Part shown: one piece after another, positions 19,179-30,150 of the stretch
Position numbering within the stretch: position 1 is the first letter of the stretch
How the letters are laid out: every line of letters begins with the position of its first letter
From: Gemmatimonadales bacterium
Lineage (GTDB): Bacteria; Gemmatimonadota; Gemmatimonadetes; Gemmatimonadales; GWC2-71-9
DNA length: 64,000 nucleotides
Direction of reading: 5' to 3'
NCBI GenBank assembly: GCA_036556025.1
Contig: DATBKD010000005.1
Coordinates: forward strand, 13,845 to 77,844
Notes under the pieces: generated by a model
Databases searched by the model: none
The model's input: the letters and a program-made list of their open reading frames with translations, nothing else
What the model was told of the DNA's origin: nothing
Translations under genes and position numbers: made by a program

Positions 19179-19220
19179 TTGACGGGAGATGTACCGGCAA
19201 ATAACTTGCTAGTCAGCAAG
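19179..19220 (+). promoter_or_regulatory. promoter candidate plus palindromic operator candidate upstream of tetR
   Basis: TTGACG (19179-19184), a 17-nt spacer, then TAACTT (19202-19207). The palindrome CTTGCT-agtc-AGCAAG (19205-19220) overlaps the -10 element. Confidence 0.4.
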
Positions 19221-19254
19221 CAAGCTCCACCACGTGAGGCCTGAGCCGCGCCTT

Positions 19255-19929
19255 ATGCCCCGACGCCCCGACAAGGAACGCAATGCCGAACGGAGCCGGG
19301 CGGCGATCCTGGACGCCGCTGAAAATCTCTTTGCCACAAAGGGTTACGACGCAACCAGCCTGAACGATGTAGGAGCCGCGGCCGGGGTCTCCCGGGGCAC
19401 GCCAGGCTACTTCTTCGGCTCGAAATCCGAGCTGTACCACGCGGTCCTGAATCGCTCCTTCACGGAGGTTCGGGATGCCGTGCGGGCCGGTCGAGCCCGG
19501 GCCCTCGCGAGCGGCGAGAGCACCGAAGCCATCCTCGCCGGCGCGGTCTCCGATTACTTCGACTTCCTGGCTGCCCGTCCCAACTTCGTCCGGTTGATCG
19601 AGCGCGAGGCGCTGAGCGGCGGCGGCTTGTTGGAGGGGGTGAATCACCTCTCCGCGGGCCAGGAAGCTCTGGCTGCCATCAGCGCTGAGCTGGGCCTGGA
19701 CGACAGTCCTTCCGGCGAGGCAGCCCAGCTCCTCCTCAGCATCATCGCTCTCTGCTGGTTCCCCCTGGTGCATGCCAGAACCGTGGCACCCGCCGTCGGG
19801 GTGAACCTGGACGACACTGAAGATTTCCGCCGGCGCAGAAGCCATGTCGTGAAGCTGGTACTTCACGGGCTCAGAGGCATGACGGCGCCGCTCACCACCA
19901 CCCTCACCGAGTCGCCGACCCATGACTGA
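19255..19929 (+). CDS. TetR/AcrR-family transcriptional regulator
   Basis: N-terminal helix-turn-helix: RAAILDAAENLFATKGYDATSLNDVGAAAGVSRGTPGYFFGSKSELY. I prefer ATG 19255; the track ORF starts at GTG 19234. Its end overlaps the next gene by 8 nt. Confidence 0.85.
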   Translation: MPRRPDKERNAERSRAAILDAAENLFATKGYDATSLNDVGAAAGVSRGTPGYFFGSKSELYHAVLNRSFTEVRDAVRAGRARALASGESTEAILAGAVSDYFDFLAARPNFVRLIEREALSGGGLLEGVNHLSAGQEALAAISAELGLDDSPSGEAAQLLLSIIALCWFPLVHARTVAPAVGVNLDDTEDFRRRRSHVVKLVLHGLRGMTAPLTTTLTESPTHD

Positions 19930-21787
19930 CCTGCTCGCTCAACCTACCCGCGTGCCTCGTACCCCGCTCGCGACCGAACAGGAAGCCAGAGAGGTCGCAG
20001 AGGCCGCTCGGGAAAAAGAGTGGGAGGCGCCGAGCTTCGTCCGCGAGCTCTTCGAAGGGTCCTTCCGGCTCGACCTGATTCACCCCTTCCCCTCGCCCGA
20101 TCCGGCCGACCTGGAGCGCGCCAGACCGTTCATGGAACGCCTCGAGCGCTTCATGAAGGAGCGGGTGGACAGCGACCGCATCGATCGGGAGGGCAAGATC
20201 CCCCCCGACGTGGTTCGAGGGCTGGGGGAGATCGGGGCATTCGGCATCAAGATCCCGGTCGAGTACGGCGGGCTCGGCCTGAGCCAGTACAGCTACACCC
20301 ATGCAATCGGCATGGTCACGAGCCAGGACGGCAGCCTCACCGCCTTGCTCTCGGCGGCGCAGTCCATCGGCGTGCCGACGCCGCTCAAGTTGTTCGGCAC
20401 CCCGGAGCAGAAGGAGCGATATCTCCCCCGATTGGCGCAGGGAGCCGTTTCCGCGTTCGCCCTGACCGAAAACCAGGTCGGCTCCGATCCCGCGGCACTC
20501 AGCACGACGGCGAAGCTGTCAGACGACGGGACCCACTACATCCTGAACGGAGAGAAGCTGTGGTGCACCAACGGCACCATAGCCGAGCTGATGGTGGTGA
20601 TGGCGCGGACCAGCCATAAGAAGATCACCGCTTTCATTGTCGAGACCGACTGGCCGGGGGTCGAGGTGGTCCAGCGGCTTCACTTCATGGGCCTCAAGGC
20701 CATCGAGAACGGGATCATTCGGTTCACCAACGTAAAGGTCCCGGTGGAGAACGTGCTCTGGGGCGAGGGCAAGGGTCTCAAGCTTGCGCTGATCACGCTG
20801 AACACCGGCAGGCTGACACTCCCTGCCTCCGCGGTCGCCGGGTCGAAGCGGGCCCTGGAAATCGCCCGGCGATGGGCAGCAGAGCGAGTGCAGTGGGGAC
20901 AGCCAATCGGCAAGCATGACGCCATCGCCCAAAAGCTCGGCCGCATGGCCGCGGACCTCTTCGCCATGGAGGCCGTTTCCGACCTGGCCTCACTCCTGGC
21001 TGACCGGGGCGACGCCGACATCCGGCTCGAAGCGGCAATGGCGAAGATGTGGAACACCGAGATGGGCTGGCGCATCGTGGATGACACCCTGCAGATCAAG
21101 GGCGGCCGCGGGTACGAAACGGCCGACAGCCTTCGGAGCCGGGGCGAGCGACCGGATGCGGTCGAGCGGATGATGCGAGACTTTCGCATCAACCTCATCT
21201 TCGAAGGCTCCAGCGAAATCATGCGGCTCTTCATCGCCCGCGAGGCGGTGGACACCCATATGAAGGTGGCAGGCGAGCTCATTGACCCGCGGGTGCCACC
21301 GGCCAGGAAGGTTCCGGCATTCCTCAAGGCCGGACTGTTCTACGCCACCTGGTATCCCAAGCTCTGGTTGGGTTGGGGCCGCTGGCCGCGGTACGGAGCA
21401 TTCGGCCCGCTCGCCACCCACGTGCGTTTTGTGGATCGGTCCTGCCGTCGTCTGGCTCGGAGCCTCTTCCACTGCATGGTGCGGTTCGGACCCAAGCTGG
21501 AGAAGCGCCAGGCGGTACTTGGTCGCCTGGTAGAGATCGGCGCGGAGCTGCTGGCGATCACGGCCGCCTGCAGCCGCGCGCACGCGATCGCCGCCCGGAG
21601 TCAGGCCGCCGAGGTGGAGGGCCGCAGCGCGGTGGAGCTGGCTGACGTCTTCAGCCGCTATGCCCGACGGCGGGTGGAGGAGCGCTTCGCAGCGGTATTC
21701 GATAATGACGACGTCGCTACGTACCGGCTGGCGCAGGGCGTGCTGCAGGGCAAGCACGCATGGATGGAGCGGGGGATGGTTTCTTAG
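19922..21787 (+). CDS. acyl-CoA dehydrogenase family protein (long form with C-terminal extension)
   Basis: 621-aa ORF with AFALTENQVGSDPAAL, NGEKLWCTNG and QIKGGRGYET, motifs typical of the ACAD fold. Confidence 0.88.
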   Translation: MTDLLAQPTRVPRTPLATEQEAREVAEAAREKEWEAPSFVRELFEGSFRLDLIHPFPSPDPADLERARPFMERLERFMKERVDSDRIDREGKIPPDVVRGLGEIGAFGIKIPVEYGGLGLSQYSYTHAIGMVTSQDGSLTALLSAAQSIGVPTPLKLFGTPEQKERYLPRLAQGAVSAFALTENQVGSDPAALSTTAKLSDDGTHYILNGEKLWCTNGTIAELMVVMARTSHKKITAFIVETDWPGVEVVQRLHFMGLKAIENGIIRFTNVKVPVENVLWGEGKGLKLALITLNTGRLTLPASAVAGSKRALEIARRWAAERVQWGQPIGKHDAIAQKLGRMAADLFAMEAVSDLASLLADRGDADIRLEAAMAKMWNTEMGWRIVDDTLQIKGGRGYETADSLRSRGERPDAVERMMRDFRINLIFEGSSEIMRLFIAREAVDTHMKVAGELIDPRVPPARKVPAFLKAGLFYATWYPKLWLGWGRWPRYGAFGPLATHVRFVDRSCRRLARSLFHCMVRFGPKLEKRQAVLGRLVEIGAELLAITAACSRAHAIAARSQAAEVEGRSAVELADVFSRYARRRVEERFAAVFDNDDVATYRLAQGVLQGKHAWMERGMVS

Positions 21788-21851
21788 GAGAACCGTTCGT
21801 CCTTCCGCCAGCCCATTCTATCTTTACTCTCACCCAGATCCAGGACCGCGC

Positions 21852-22244
21852 ATGCCCATCGCCGAAGGCAAGACGCTTCCGTTCGTTGGACCCGAAACGG
21901 TCGACGTCGGTGTGCTGGAGACCTTCGAGTACGCCGGACCCGACCAGGAGATCGTCACCGAAACCCGCGAGTTCAGCCCGGTATGTCCTTACAGTGGGCT
22001 GCCGGACTTCGCCACGCTCCGGATCGTCTACGTGCCCGCCGATCGTTGCGTCGAACTCAAGAGCCTCAAGTACTACGTCACCAGCTACCGGAACGTCGGC
22101 ATCTTCCAGGAGCACGCCACCGCAAAGATCGCTGAGGATCTCTTTCAGGTGCTCCGGCCTCAGCGGCTTCAGGTAACCACCATCTATAACACCCGCGGCG
22201 GGTTCGATACCACCTGCACAGTGCAGTTGCCGCAGCGAGGCTAG
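21852..22244 (+). CDS. queF: NADPH-dependent 7-cyano-7-deazaguanine (preQ0) reductase
   Basis: Internal ATG 21852 of track ORF 21660..22244. The 130-aa product has FSPVCPYSGLPDF (catalytic Cys) and the VELKSLKYY QueF motif. Confidence 0.9.
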   Translation: MPIAEGKTLPFVGPETVDVGVLETFEYAGPDQEIVTETREFSPVCPYSGLPDFATLRIVYVPADRCVELKSLKYYVTSYRNVGIFQEHATAKIAEDLFQVLRPQRLQVTTIYNTRGGFDTTCTVQLPQRG

Positions 22245-22266
22245 CCGGTCCCGTCCGCTCTCCTCC

Positions 22267-23787
22267 TCAGTCCGTCGTCACTCGCTGGCTCGGCCGATTG
22301 GGCACCCGCTCCGGGGTGCGCTTCGGACCTCGCGGCAGCAGCTGCGGCAAGTTGGCCAACTCGTAGGCCGTCACGGCCATCACTGCTGCCGCCTGTTTGA
22401 GGTCACCCTCGACCGCCTTGTCAAACGTGTCGCTCTGCGAGTGATGCGTGTGGGGATACCCTCTAGGCAGCTGATCGAAGTTGAATGCCGGCACGCCGTA
22501 CGGCAGGAACGACAGATGGTCGGTTCCCATCTTGCTGGCGTGACGGATGGCGGAGGCGTTCAGGGAGTTCACCGGCGCCAGCAGGTCGCGCCACAATCCC
22601 TCCAGATCGTCCCTTCCCTGCAGCGCTTGTCCGGTGATCGCGCCGGTGCCGTTGTCCAACACCAGCACCGCTTGAATGCTGTCGGCCTCGGACGCGTGCC
22701 CGGCCGCATACGCGCGGGAACCCAGGAGCCCTTCCTCTTCTCCGCTGAATAGAATGAATCGGATCGTCCGCTTGGGCTGGAGGCCCGATTGGGCGATGAC
22801 TCGGGCCGCCTCCAGGACCACCATTGATCCGGTGCCGTTGTCGGTCACGCCGGTTCCCAGATCCCAACTGTCGAGATGAGCGCCGAGGACCACCACCTGA
22901 CCGGGTCGCTCGGTACCCCGGAGATCGGCCACGGTGTTCCACTGTTGTACTGGAGTATGCCCGGTCCGATTGGTCACCTTGCCTTCGATGCGAGGGGTAA
23001 CACCGGCCCGAATGAGCCGCTCGAGCTGGGCGTAGTCCTCATGGGCAATCACCACGCTGGGCAGGGGCGAGACTCGATTGGGAGAGCCGCTCATGGTCAT
23101 GAGCGCGTGCTCCTTCGAGCCGTCCAGGAGAGTGCCGAGGGCCCCGGCGCTCTTGAGGAGATAGGGCAAATCGATTTGGAACTGTCTCCGGGCGAAGACG
23201 GCCGGGGGTGACGTATCGGCGGTGATCGAGTTCCGCAGGCGGACTCTCTCGGCCAGCTGGGCCGAGTCCTCCGGGGTCATCGCAGGCCCATCCGGATTCC
23301 ACAGCGGATAGGCCGGCCGGGGAAGCACCCAGGCGCCCTTCACTCGATTGCGGTATACGGCAAGACTCTCCGGCGTGCTGAGGTCGGTCAGCACGACGGG
23401 CCCAGCCAGTTGCTTTCCGCCGGTTCCCGCGGTCCAGGCCCAGCTGTGGCCGGTGACCCAACGGGTAAATGGCTGGAGCAGGCGAAGGGCCACCTGGCCC
23501 CGCTCCCAGGTCACGCCGAACTGGTAGGGCTCGAGCCGGGCGGTCAAACCGTACTGCTGAAACCGCTCGGCGGTCCAATCGTTGGCTCGGCGCATGGCGG
23601 CGGAGCCGGTGAGCCGCGGGCCGATCACGTCGGCCAGATGTTGCAGGTTGGCCATGACCTCCGAATGATCCATGGCCTGGGCCATCAGAGTGCCGGCTCC
23701 CGAGGTATCCACTGTCGTTTGGGCGGGAAGCCGACCGGAGAAGGCCGGAGTGAGGAGGGCGACAAGAAGCGTCAGGCGAGTGACCAT
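22267..23787 (-). CDS. M28-family aminopeptidase, secreted
   Basis: The start is trimmed to ATG 23787 (MVTRLTLLVALLTPAFSG, a signal peptide). M28 metal-site context: VLGAHLDSWDLGTGVTDNGTGS and FSGEEEGLLGS. Confidence 0.85.
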   Translation of the reverse strand: MVTRLTLLVALLTPAFSGRLPAQTTVDTSGAGTLMAQAMDHSEVMANLQHLADVIGPRLTGSAAMRRANDWTAERFQQYGLTARLEPYQFGVTWERGQVALRLLQPFTRWVTGHSWAWTAGTGGKQLAGPVVLTDLSTPESLAVYRNRVKGAWVLPRPAYPLWNPDGPAMTPEDSAQLAERVRLRNSITADTSPPAVFARRQFQIDLPYLLKSAGALGTLLDGSKEHALMTMSGSPNRVSPLPSVVIAHEDYAQLERLIRAGVTPRIEGKVTNRTGHTPVQQWNTVADLRGTERPGQVVVLGAHLDSWDLGTGVTDNGTGSMVVLEAARVIAQSGLQPKRTIRFILFSGEEEGLLGSRAYAAGHASEADSIQAVLVLDNGTGAITGQALQGRDDLEGLWRDLLAPVNSLNASAIRHASKMGTDHLSFLPYGVPAFNFDQLPRGYPHTHHSQSDTFDKAVEGDLKQAAAVMAVTAYELANLPQLLPRGPKRTPERVPNRPSQRVTTD

Positions 23788-23951
23788 GGGTGGGTTCCTT
23801 GGTAGCCTTGGTCGAGAACACCGCTTAGAATCTGCTCGAAAGTCAGAGTGCTGCCCCGAGGTAGAGCAGCGCGCCGAACCGGGTGGCGGTTGCAACCCCG
23901 CCGAAGTTATACTCGGTGCCGCAGCGCAGCATCCCACCCGAGGCGCCGTCC

Positions 23952-25250
23952 ATGAGGAGCCGGCTCGTGCCCAAGGAATCGCTCACCGTCACCGACAATC
24001 GCACCGGCCGCAGCTATGAACTCCCCGTGGTGGACGGCACCATCCGGGCTGTCGATCTCCGCCAGATCAAGACGTCCGAGGACGACTTCGGACTTATGAC
24101 GTACGATCCGGCGTTCATGAACACCGCCGCCTGCCGGAGCGCCATCACCTACATTGACGGGGACAAGGGGATTCTGCGGTACCGGGGCTATCCCATCGAG
24201 CAGCTGGCGGAGCAATCGACCTTTCTGGAAGTGGCGTATCTTCTGTGCGCAGGCGAGCTGCCCACCCGGGACCAGCTCACGCGGTGGAACGAGGAGATCA
24301 CCTACCACACCTACGTTCACACCAACATCACCAAGTTCCTCGAGGGCTTCCGCTATGACGCTCACCCGATGGGCATGCTGCTCGGCGTGGTGGGCGCACT
24401 GTCGACGTTCTATCCCGACGCCAAGCACATCCAGGACCCGGCCAACCGATATCTCCAGCGGGTCCGGCTCCTGGCGAAGGCGCCGACTATCGCCGCGTTC
24501 GCCTTCCGCCACTCGCGGGGTCTGCCGTTCGTGTTCCCCGACAACGATCTGGGGTACATTGCCAACTTCGTCAACATGACCTTCAGCATCGGTGGCCGTC
24601 ACAAGCCCAACCCGGTGCTGCAGCGGGCCCTCGAAATTCTGCTCATCCTCCACGCCGACCACGAGCAGAACTGCTCCACCAGCGCGGTCCGATCGGTCGG
24701 GTCGTCGCATGTGGATCCGTTCTCCGCCGTCTCCGCCGGCATCGCCGCACTCTACGGGCCCCTCCACGGCGGAGCCAATGAAGCCGTCCTCAGCATGCTC
24801 GACGAGATCGGCGACAAGAAGGAGATTCCCTCGTTCATCGAGAAGGTCAAAGGGGGCTCCGACCGATTGATGGGGTTCGGCCACCGGGTGTACAAGTCCT
24901 ACGATCCGCGGGCCAAACTGATCAAGAAGGTCGCCTACGACGTCTTCGAGCAGACCGGCCTCAATCCCAAGCTCGAAATCGCCCTCGAGCTGGAGCGGAT
25001 CGCCCTGGAGGACGATTACTTCATCAAACGCAAGCTGTACCCGAACGTGGATTTCTATTCCGGGCTGATCTACCAGGCCATGGGCTATCCCACCGAGTAT
25101 TTCACCGTTCTCTTTGCTCTGGGGCGCATGCCCGGATGGCTGGCCCAGTGGGAAGAGATGTTGCTGGACAAGGACCAGAAGATCGCCCGGCCGCGCCAGG
25201 TGTACATCGGCAACCAGGAACGGCCCTATGTACCGCTCGACCGACGGTGA
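23952..25250 (+). CDS. gltA: citrate synthase
   Basis: The start is trimmed to ATG 23952. It carries [23 protein letters not shown] and [13 protein letters not shown]. Confidence 0.95.
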   Translation: MRSRLVPKESLTVTDNRTGRSYELPVVDGTIRAVDLRQIKTSEDDFGLMTYDPAFMNTAACRSAITYIDGDKGILRYRGYPIEQLAEQSTFLEVAYLLCAGELPTRDQLTRWNEEITYHTYVHTNITKFLEGFRYDAHPMGMLLGVVGALSTFYPDAKHIQDPANRYLQRVRLLAKAPTIAAFAFRHSRGLPFVFPDNDLGYIANFVNMTFSIGGRHKPNPVLQRALEILLILHADHEQNCSTSAVRSVGSSHVDPFSAVSAGIAALYGPLHGGANEAVLSMLDEIGDKKEIPSFIEKVKGGSDRLMGFGHRVYKSYDPRAKLIKKVAYDVFEQTGLNPKLEIALELERIALEDDYFIKRKLYPNVDFYSGLIYQAMGYPTEYFTVLFALGRMPGWLAQWEEMLLDKDQKIARPRQVYIGNQERPYVPLDRR

Positions 25251-25254
25251 TGTC

Positions 25255-27207
25255 ATGACTGAACAGATCGATACCCTGCTTTCCGAAAAGCGACGCTTCC
25301 CCTGTACCCAGGAGTTCGCGGCACGAGCAGCGGCCACCGCGTCCCTTTACGTCGCGGGCCAGGACTGGAAGCGTTTCTGGGAGGACCAGGCGCGTGAGCT
25401 CGAGTGGATGTCACTCTGGACCCGAGCGCTGGATTGGAAGCCACCCCATGCCCGCTGGTTCGTCGGCGGCAAGCTCAATGCATCGGCGAACTGTCTCGAC
25501 CGCCACGTACGCGGCCCCCGCCGCAACAAGGCGGCGCTCATCTGGGAGGGCGAGCCCGGCGACCGGCGAACCCTGACCTACTGGGAGCTGTCGCGTGAGG
25601 TGGGCCGCTGCGCCAACGCGCTCAGGCGGCTGGGCATCCGCAAGGGAGATCGGGTGGCGATCTATCTGCCCATGATCCCCGAGGCGGTGATCACCATGCT
25701 TGCCTGCGCCCGGATCGGCGCGGTCCATTCGGTGGTGTTCGGCGGCTTCTCGGCGGAGTCCCTACGAGACCGAATCAACGACGCCGGCGCGGTCGCCCTC
25801 ATTACCGCCGATGGCGGCTGGCGCCGGGGCAACGTCCAGCCGCTCAAGCGCATGGCCGATACCGCCCTGGCGGAAACTCCCACCATCAAGCACTGCGTGG
25901 TGGTGCGTCGGGGAGTCGGCGCCGGCGGCGACGAGTCGTTCGCCAAGATGGTGGACGGGCGGGACCACTGGTGGCACGACCTGCTGGAGCGCGAGGAGGC
26001 CCACAGCAAGCCCGAGCCGATGGAAGCCGAGGATCTGCTGTTCATCCTCTACACCTCGGGAACGACCGGGAAGCCCAAAGGCATCGTCCACACCACGGGC
26101 GGCTATCTCACGCACGTCACTTCGACCACCAGGTATGTCTTCGACCTGCGGGACGAGGACGTGTTCTGGTGTACGGCCGACATCGGCTGGGTCACCGGGC
26201 ATTCCTACGTCGTGTATGGTCCTCTCTCCAACGGCGCGACCGTCTTCATGTACGAGGGGGCCCCCGACTGGCCCGAGCGGGATCGGTTCTGGCGCATGGT
26301 GGAGACCTACGGTGTCACCGTCCTGTATACCGCGCCGACTGCGATCCGAGCGTTCATGAAGTGGGGCACCGAACACCCCAAGCGGCATGACCTCTCCACC
26401 CTTCGGCTGCTGGGCAGTGTGGGAGAGCCGATCAATCCAGAAGCCTGGATGTGGTATCACGAGCACATCGGCAGAGAGCGCTGCCCCATCGTAGACACCT
26501 GGTGGCAAACCGAAACGGGCGGCATCATGATCACGCCGCTCCCGGGCGTCATCACCACCAAGCCCGGCTCGGCGACGATCGCCTACCCGGGGATCAGGCC
26601 AGAGCTGGTGGATAACCAGGGGAACAAGCTGGACTCCGGAGGCGGCTTTCTCACCATCGCGGAGCCCTGGCCGGGGATGTTGCGCACGATCTACGGAGAT
26701 GACGAGCGCTACCGCCAGGTCTATTGGAGTCGGTTTCCCGGCCGCTACTTCACCGGCGACGGCGCCAAGCTGGACGAGGACGGCTACTGGTGGCTCCTCG
26801 GGCGGGTGGACGACGTCCTCAATGTCGCGGGACACCGCATCGGCACCATGGAGGTAGAGAGTGCGCTGGTCGATCACCAGGCGGTGGCGGAGGCCGCCGT
26901 CGTGGGGCGCGTCGACGAGCTCAAAGGGCAGGCGCTGGCGGCGTTCGTGACCCTCAAGGATGGGCGGAAGGGATCAGCCGACCTCAAGAACGACCTCAAG
27001 GCTCATGTGACCCAGAAGATCGGGGCCATTGCCAAGCCGGACGATATCTTCTTCGCCGCCGATCTGCCCAAGACCCGGAGCGGCAAAATCATGCGGCGGC
27101 TGCTCAAGGACATCGCCGAAGGCCGCGCCCTGGGCGACACGACCACCCTGGCTGACCCCGCGGTGGTCGGCAGGCTCAGAGATCAATACGAGGCCGAAGA
27201 AGCCTGA
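25255..27207 (+). CDS. acs: acetyl-CoA synthetase
   Basis: The start is trimmed to ATG 25255 ([15 protein letters not shown]). It has [19 protein letters not shown] and the C-terminal SGKIMRRLL. Confidence 0.95.
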   Translation: MTEQIDTLLSEKRRFPCTQEFAARAAATASLYVAGQDWKRFWEDQARELEWMSLWTRALDWKPPHARWFVGGKLNASANCLDRHVRGPRRNKAALIWEGEPGDRRTLTYWELSREVGRCANALRRLGIRKGDRVAIYLPMIPEAVITMLACARIGAVHSVVFGGFSAESLRDRINDAGAVALITADGGWRRGNVQPLKRMADTALAETPTIKHCVVVRRGVGAGGDESFAKMVDGRDHWWHDLLEREEAHSKPEPMEAEDLLFILYTSGTTGKPKGIVHTTGGYLTHVTSTTRYVFDLRDEDVFWCTADIGWVTGHSYVVYGPLSNGATVFMYEGAPDWPERDRFWRMVETYGVTVLYTAPTAIRAFMKWGTEHPKRHDLSTLRLLGSVGEPINPEAWMWYHEHIGRERCPIVDTWWQTETGGIMITPLPGVITTKPGSATIAYPGIRPELVDNQGNKLDSGGGFLTIAEPWPGMLRTIYGDDERYRQVYWSRFPGRYFTGDGAKLDEDGYWWLLGRVDDVLNVAGHRIGTMEVESALVDHQAVAEAAVVGRVDELKGQALAAFVTLKDGRKGSADLKNDLKAHVTQKIGAIAKPDDIFFAADLPKTRSGKIMRRLLKDIAEGRALGDTTTLADPAVVGRLRDQYEAEEA

Positions 27208-27268
27208 ACACGGCCGGGTCGCGCCTCCAGAGCACGGTGCTGCACTGCTGCGCTTTCCATTCTCTTTG

Positions 27269-27297
27269 TTGCGCTGCAACATGACCGCCCGTATATT
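27269..27297 (+). promoter_or_regulatory. promoter candidate for phaEC carrying a TGCAAC box
   Basis: TTGCGC (27269-27274), a 17-nt spacer, then TATATT (27292-27297). The spacer contains GCGCTGCAACATG (27271-27283) and the palindrome GTTGC-gct-GCAAC (27268-27280). Confidence 0.4.
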
Positions 27298-27350
27298 CCG
27301 CCCTTGCCCTGAATTCCCCCTCAGCGCGGCTTAAGGACGCAGGAAGCGCA

Positions 27351-28319
27351 ATGGTCAAAGCGGGCGAAGCCCCTCTCACCTGGGGCCAAGAATGGATGGA
27401 CGCGAACCGCCGCTACTGGGAGGCGTGGCGAAGCCTGTTTCACCAGACCCAGGAGTCCCCCGCCGCTTCAGCTGCCGGGTGGGCCCAGTCCATGCAGCAG
27501 TGGTTCAGCCTCATGGCCCCGCCGCTGCCGCCCACCTCCCGCGACATCTTCGATCGACTGACCGAGCAGGCCGCGGTCTTCCAGCAGTTCGGGGAGCAGC
27601 TCAGCGCCAGCCTCAGTCAGTTCAACGGCTCCGCCGACGGCGGCCTCGCGGCGTTCTGGAAGCTGCCGCTGGATACCTGGAGCCGGACGGTGTCCAGCGC
27701 CTCGATCTTCCCCGGCGACTTCCTGGAAAGTCACAAGCCGGACGTCTGGCATCGGCTGGCGGATGACGTTCACCGCGATCTCGAACGCTTTCTCTCCGTC
27801 CCCGGCCTGGGTTATACCCGCGAAGCGCAGGAAGAGGGGCAAGAGCTGATTCGCTTGGCATTGGAGTATCAGCGTGCCCTCCAGACCTACGCGGCAACCT
27901 TTCGATCTCTCGGCCCGGAAACCCTGACCCGACTCCAGCAGCGCCTCGCCGAACGGGCCGAGCCGGTCACCACTCTGCGTGCTCTCTACGATCTCTGGGT
28001 GGATACGAGCGAGGAGGTCTACCTCGAGCTGGTGGAGACCGAGGCCCACGCGCTGGCCTACGGCCGGATGGTGAATGCCTTGATGGCCCTCAAGAACCAC
28101 GGCCGGAACATGGTGGACGAGATGGTCGGTGCCTTGGGCATGCCCACGCGGCACGGGCTGAACACCCTGCAGCGGCGGCAGCAGGAGCTGCGACGCGAGC
28201 TCGTCGCCTTGCGGCGCGAGCTGGGAGAGGCGCGCTCGGTGCGCAACGAAGTGGTCGAGCTGCGGCGAGAGCTCGAGGAGCTGCGCAAGACGACCCGCAG
28301 AAAATCCAAGGAGGCATGA
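27351..28319 (+). CDS. phaE: class III PHA synthase subunit PhaE
   Basis: 322-aa ORF immediately upstream of, and overlapping by 4 nt, a class III phaC. The N-terminal W/Q-rich region (RRYWEAWRSL...WAQSMQQWF) resembles PhaE as I remember it from Allochromatium. Confidence 0.8.
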   Translation: MVKAGEAPLTWGQEWMDANRRYWEAWRSLFHQTQESPAASAAGWAQSMQQWFSLMAPPLPPTSRDIFDRLTEQAAVFQQFGEQLSASLSQFNGSADGGLAAFWKLPLDTWSRTVSSASIFPGDFLESHKPDVWHRLADDVHRDLERFLSVPGLGYTREAQEEGQELIRLALEYQRALQTYAATFRSLGPETLTRLQQRLAERAEPVTTLRALYDLWVDTSEEVYLELVETEAHALAYGRMVNALMALKNHGRNMVDEMVGALGMPTRHGLNTLQRRQQELRRELVALRRELGEARSVRNEVVELRRELEELRKTTRRKSKEA

Positions 28320-29386
28320 CCGTGCTGCCGCTGCAGATCAGCCCGGAGCGGGCGTTCGAGGAGATTCGGGACTTCGGGATCAAGCTCCAACGGGGGCTGC
28401 GTGCGCTGAGCGAGCTGGGCGAGATCGAGGTCGGAGCGTCTCCCAAGGAAGCGGTATATCAGGAAGACAAGCTGGTCCTCTATCATTTTCATCCACTGGT
28501 GCCGGCGACCAACCCGATTCCGGTGTTGATCGTCTACGCCCTGGTGAATCGCCCGTACATGGTGGACCTCCAGGAAGACCGGTCCATCGTGCGGAGCCTG
28601 CTGCAGGGCGGCCTCGATGTCTATTTGATCGACTGGGGATACCCGGACGCGGCCGATCGCTATCTCACGCTGGACGATTACATCAACGGATACCTGGACC
28701 GGTGCGTCGATGTGGTGCGCGAGCGCCATGGCCTTCCCGCCGTCACCCTCCTCGGTATTTGTCAGGGCGGCACCTTCAGTCTCTGCTACAGTGCTCTGCA
28801 CCCGGAGAAGGTGCGAAACCTGATCACGACGGTGACTCCGGTGGACTTCCACGCCGGCACCAACCTGCTCTCCCAATGGGTTCGCCATCTGGATGTGGAC
28901 TTGCTGGTGGATACTCTGGGTAATGTTCCGGGCGAGCTGCTCAACTGGACCTACCTCGGGCTCAAGCCGTTTCGCCTGACGGGGCAGAAATACCTCGACC
29001 TGGTGAACCTGCTCGACGACCCGGTTCAAGCGAAGAATTTCGTCCGGATGGAAAAGTGGGTGTTCGACAGTCCGGATCAGGCAGGTGAGGCGTTCCGCCA
29101 GTTCATCAAGGATTTCTATCAACGGAACGGGTTGATCAAGGGTGAGGTTCGCATCGGCCTCGAACGGGTGGATTTGAGGCGGGTGACCATGCCCGTGCTC
29201 AACATTTTCGCCGCCGACGATCATCTGGTTCCTCCGGCGGCCTCCCGGCCGCTGGAGCAGTACGTCGGAACCGGCGACTACCGCGCCATCGAATTTCCCG
29301 GAGGCCACATCGGGATTTACGTGAGCGGCAAGTCGCAGAAGCTGATCCCGCCGGCGATCTGCCAATGGCTGGCGGAACGGACATGA
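28316..29386 (+). CDS. phaC: class III PHA synthase catalytic subunit PhaC
   Basis: 356-aa ORF. The lipase-like box GICQGG carries the catalytic Cys. The size and the pairing with phaE are typical of class III. Confidence 0.9.
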   Translation: MTVLPLQISPERAFEEIRDFGIKLQRGLRALSELGEIEVGASPKEAVYQEDKLVLYHFHPLVPATNPIPVLIVYALVNRPYMVDLQEDRSIVRSLLQGGLDVYLIDWGYPDAADRYLTLDDYINGYLDRCVDVVRERHGLPAVTLLGICQGGTFSLCYSALHPEKVRNLITTVTPVDFHAGTNLLSQWVRHLDVDLLVDTLGNVPGELLNWTYLGLKPFRLTGQKYLDLVNLLDDPVQAKNFVRMEKWVFDSPDQAGEAFRQFIKDFYQRNGLIKGEVRIGLERVDLRRVTMPVLNIFAADDHLVPPAASRPLEQYVGTGDYRAIEFPGGHIGIYVSGKSQKLIPPAICQWLAERT

Positions 29387-30150
29387 GCCGTAGACCAGCC
29401 GGGCCTCGGGCGAGGCTCGCGCTGGTCACCGGAGGGACCGGAGGGATCGGCACCGAGATCTGCCGCCAGCTCGCCACAGCGGGGCACCGCGTGGCCACCA
29501 CCTACGTGGCCGCCGAGGCACCGCTGGCCAGGCGGTGGCAGCGGGACCGGCGAGCCGAAGGGCAAGAGCCCGAGCTGGTCGAGTGCGATGTCGCCTCGTT
29601 CGAGAGTTGCACCACCATGGCGGAGGACATCAAAGCCAGACTTGGAACGGTGGAGATCCTGGTCAACTGCGCCGGGATTACCCGGGACAAGACCTTAGCG
29701 AAGATGGAACCGGCCCAGTGGTCGGCCGTGCTGGACACCAACCTGAACGGGGCGTTCAACGTCACCCGCCAGCTGATCGACGGCATGATCGAGCGGCGGT
29801 TCGGCCGGATTGTCTGCATCTCTTCCGTCAACGGCCAGCGGGGGCAGTTCGGGCAGACCAACTATTCCGCCGCCAAGGCCGGACTGTTCGGCTTCACCCG
29901 GGCCCTGGCGCTGGAGGTCGCGGCCGACGGCATCACGGTCAATACCGTGTCCCCGGGGTATGTGGACACCAGCATGGTTGCAGCCATTCCCAAGGACATC
30001 CGGGAGGCGATCATCCGGAGGATTCCGGTCGGCCGGCTGGCTCACCCTGGAGAGATTGCCCGGGCGGTGAGCTTCCTGGTGGCGGACGAGAGTGGCTATA
30101 TCACGGGGGCGAACCTGGCGGTGAACGGGGGGCTGTACCTGGGCTCTTGA
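29383..30150 (+). CDS. phaB: acetoacetyl-CoA reductase (SDR)
   Basis: ATG 29383 overlaps the phaC TGA (ATGA); the track ORF starts at 29365. It has VTGGTGGIG, NCAGITRD, YSAAKAG and PGYVDTSM. Confidence 0.88.
   Translation: MSRRPAGPRARLALVTGGTGGIGTEICRQLATAGHRVATTYVAAEAPLARRWQRDRRAEGQEPELVECDVASFESCTTMAEDIKARLGTVEILVNCAGITRDKTLAKMEPAQWSAVLDTNLNGAFNVTRQLIDGMIERRFGRIVCISSVNGQRGQFGQTNYSAAKAGLFGFTRALALEVAADGITVNTVSPGYVDTSMVAAIPKDIREAIIRRIPVGRLAHPGEIARAVSFLVADESGYITGANLAVNGGLYLGS

Noticed and set aside
19149-19233. Expectation of gltD (glutamate synthase small subunit) directly after gltB
   Set aside because: The next gene is a TetR regulator, and no GltD-like ORF exists anywhere in the window. 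This is noted as an absence only. gltD may be elsewhere in the genome, so nothing can be concluded.
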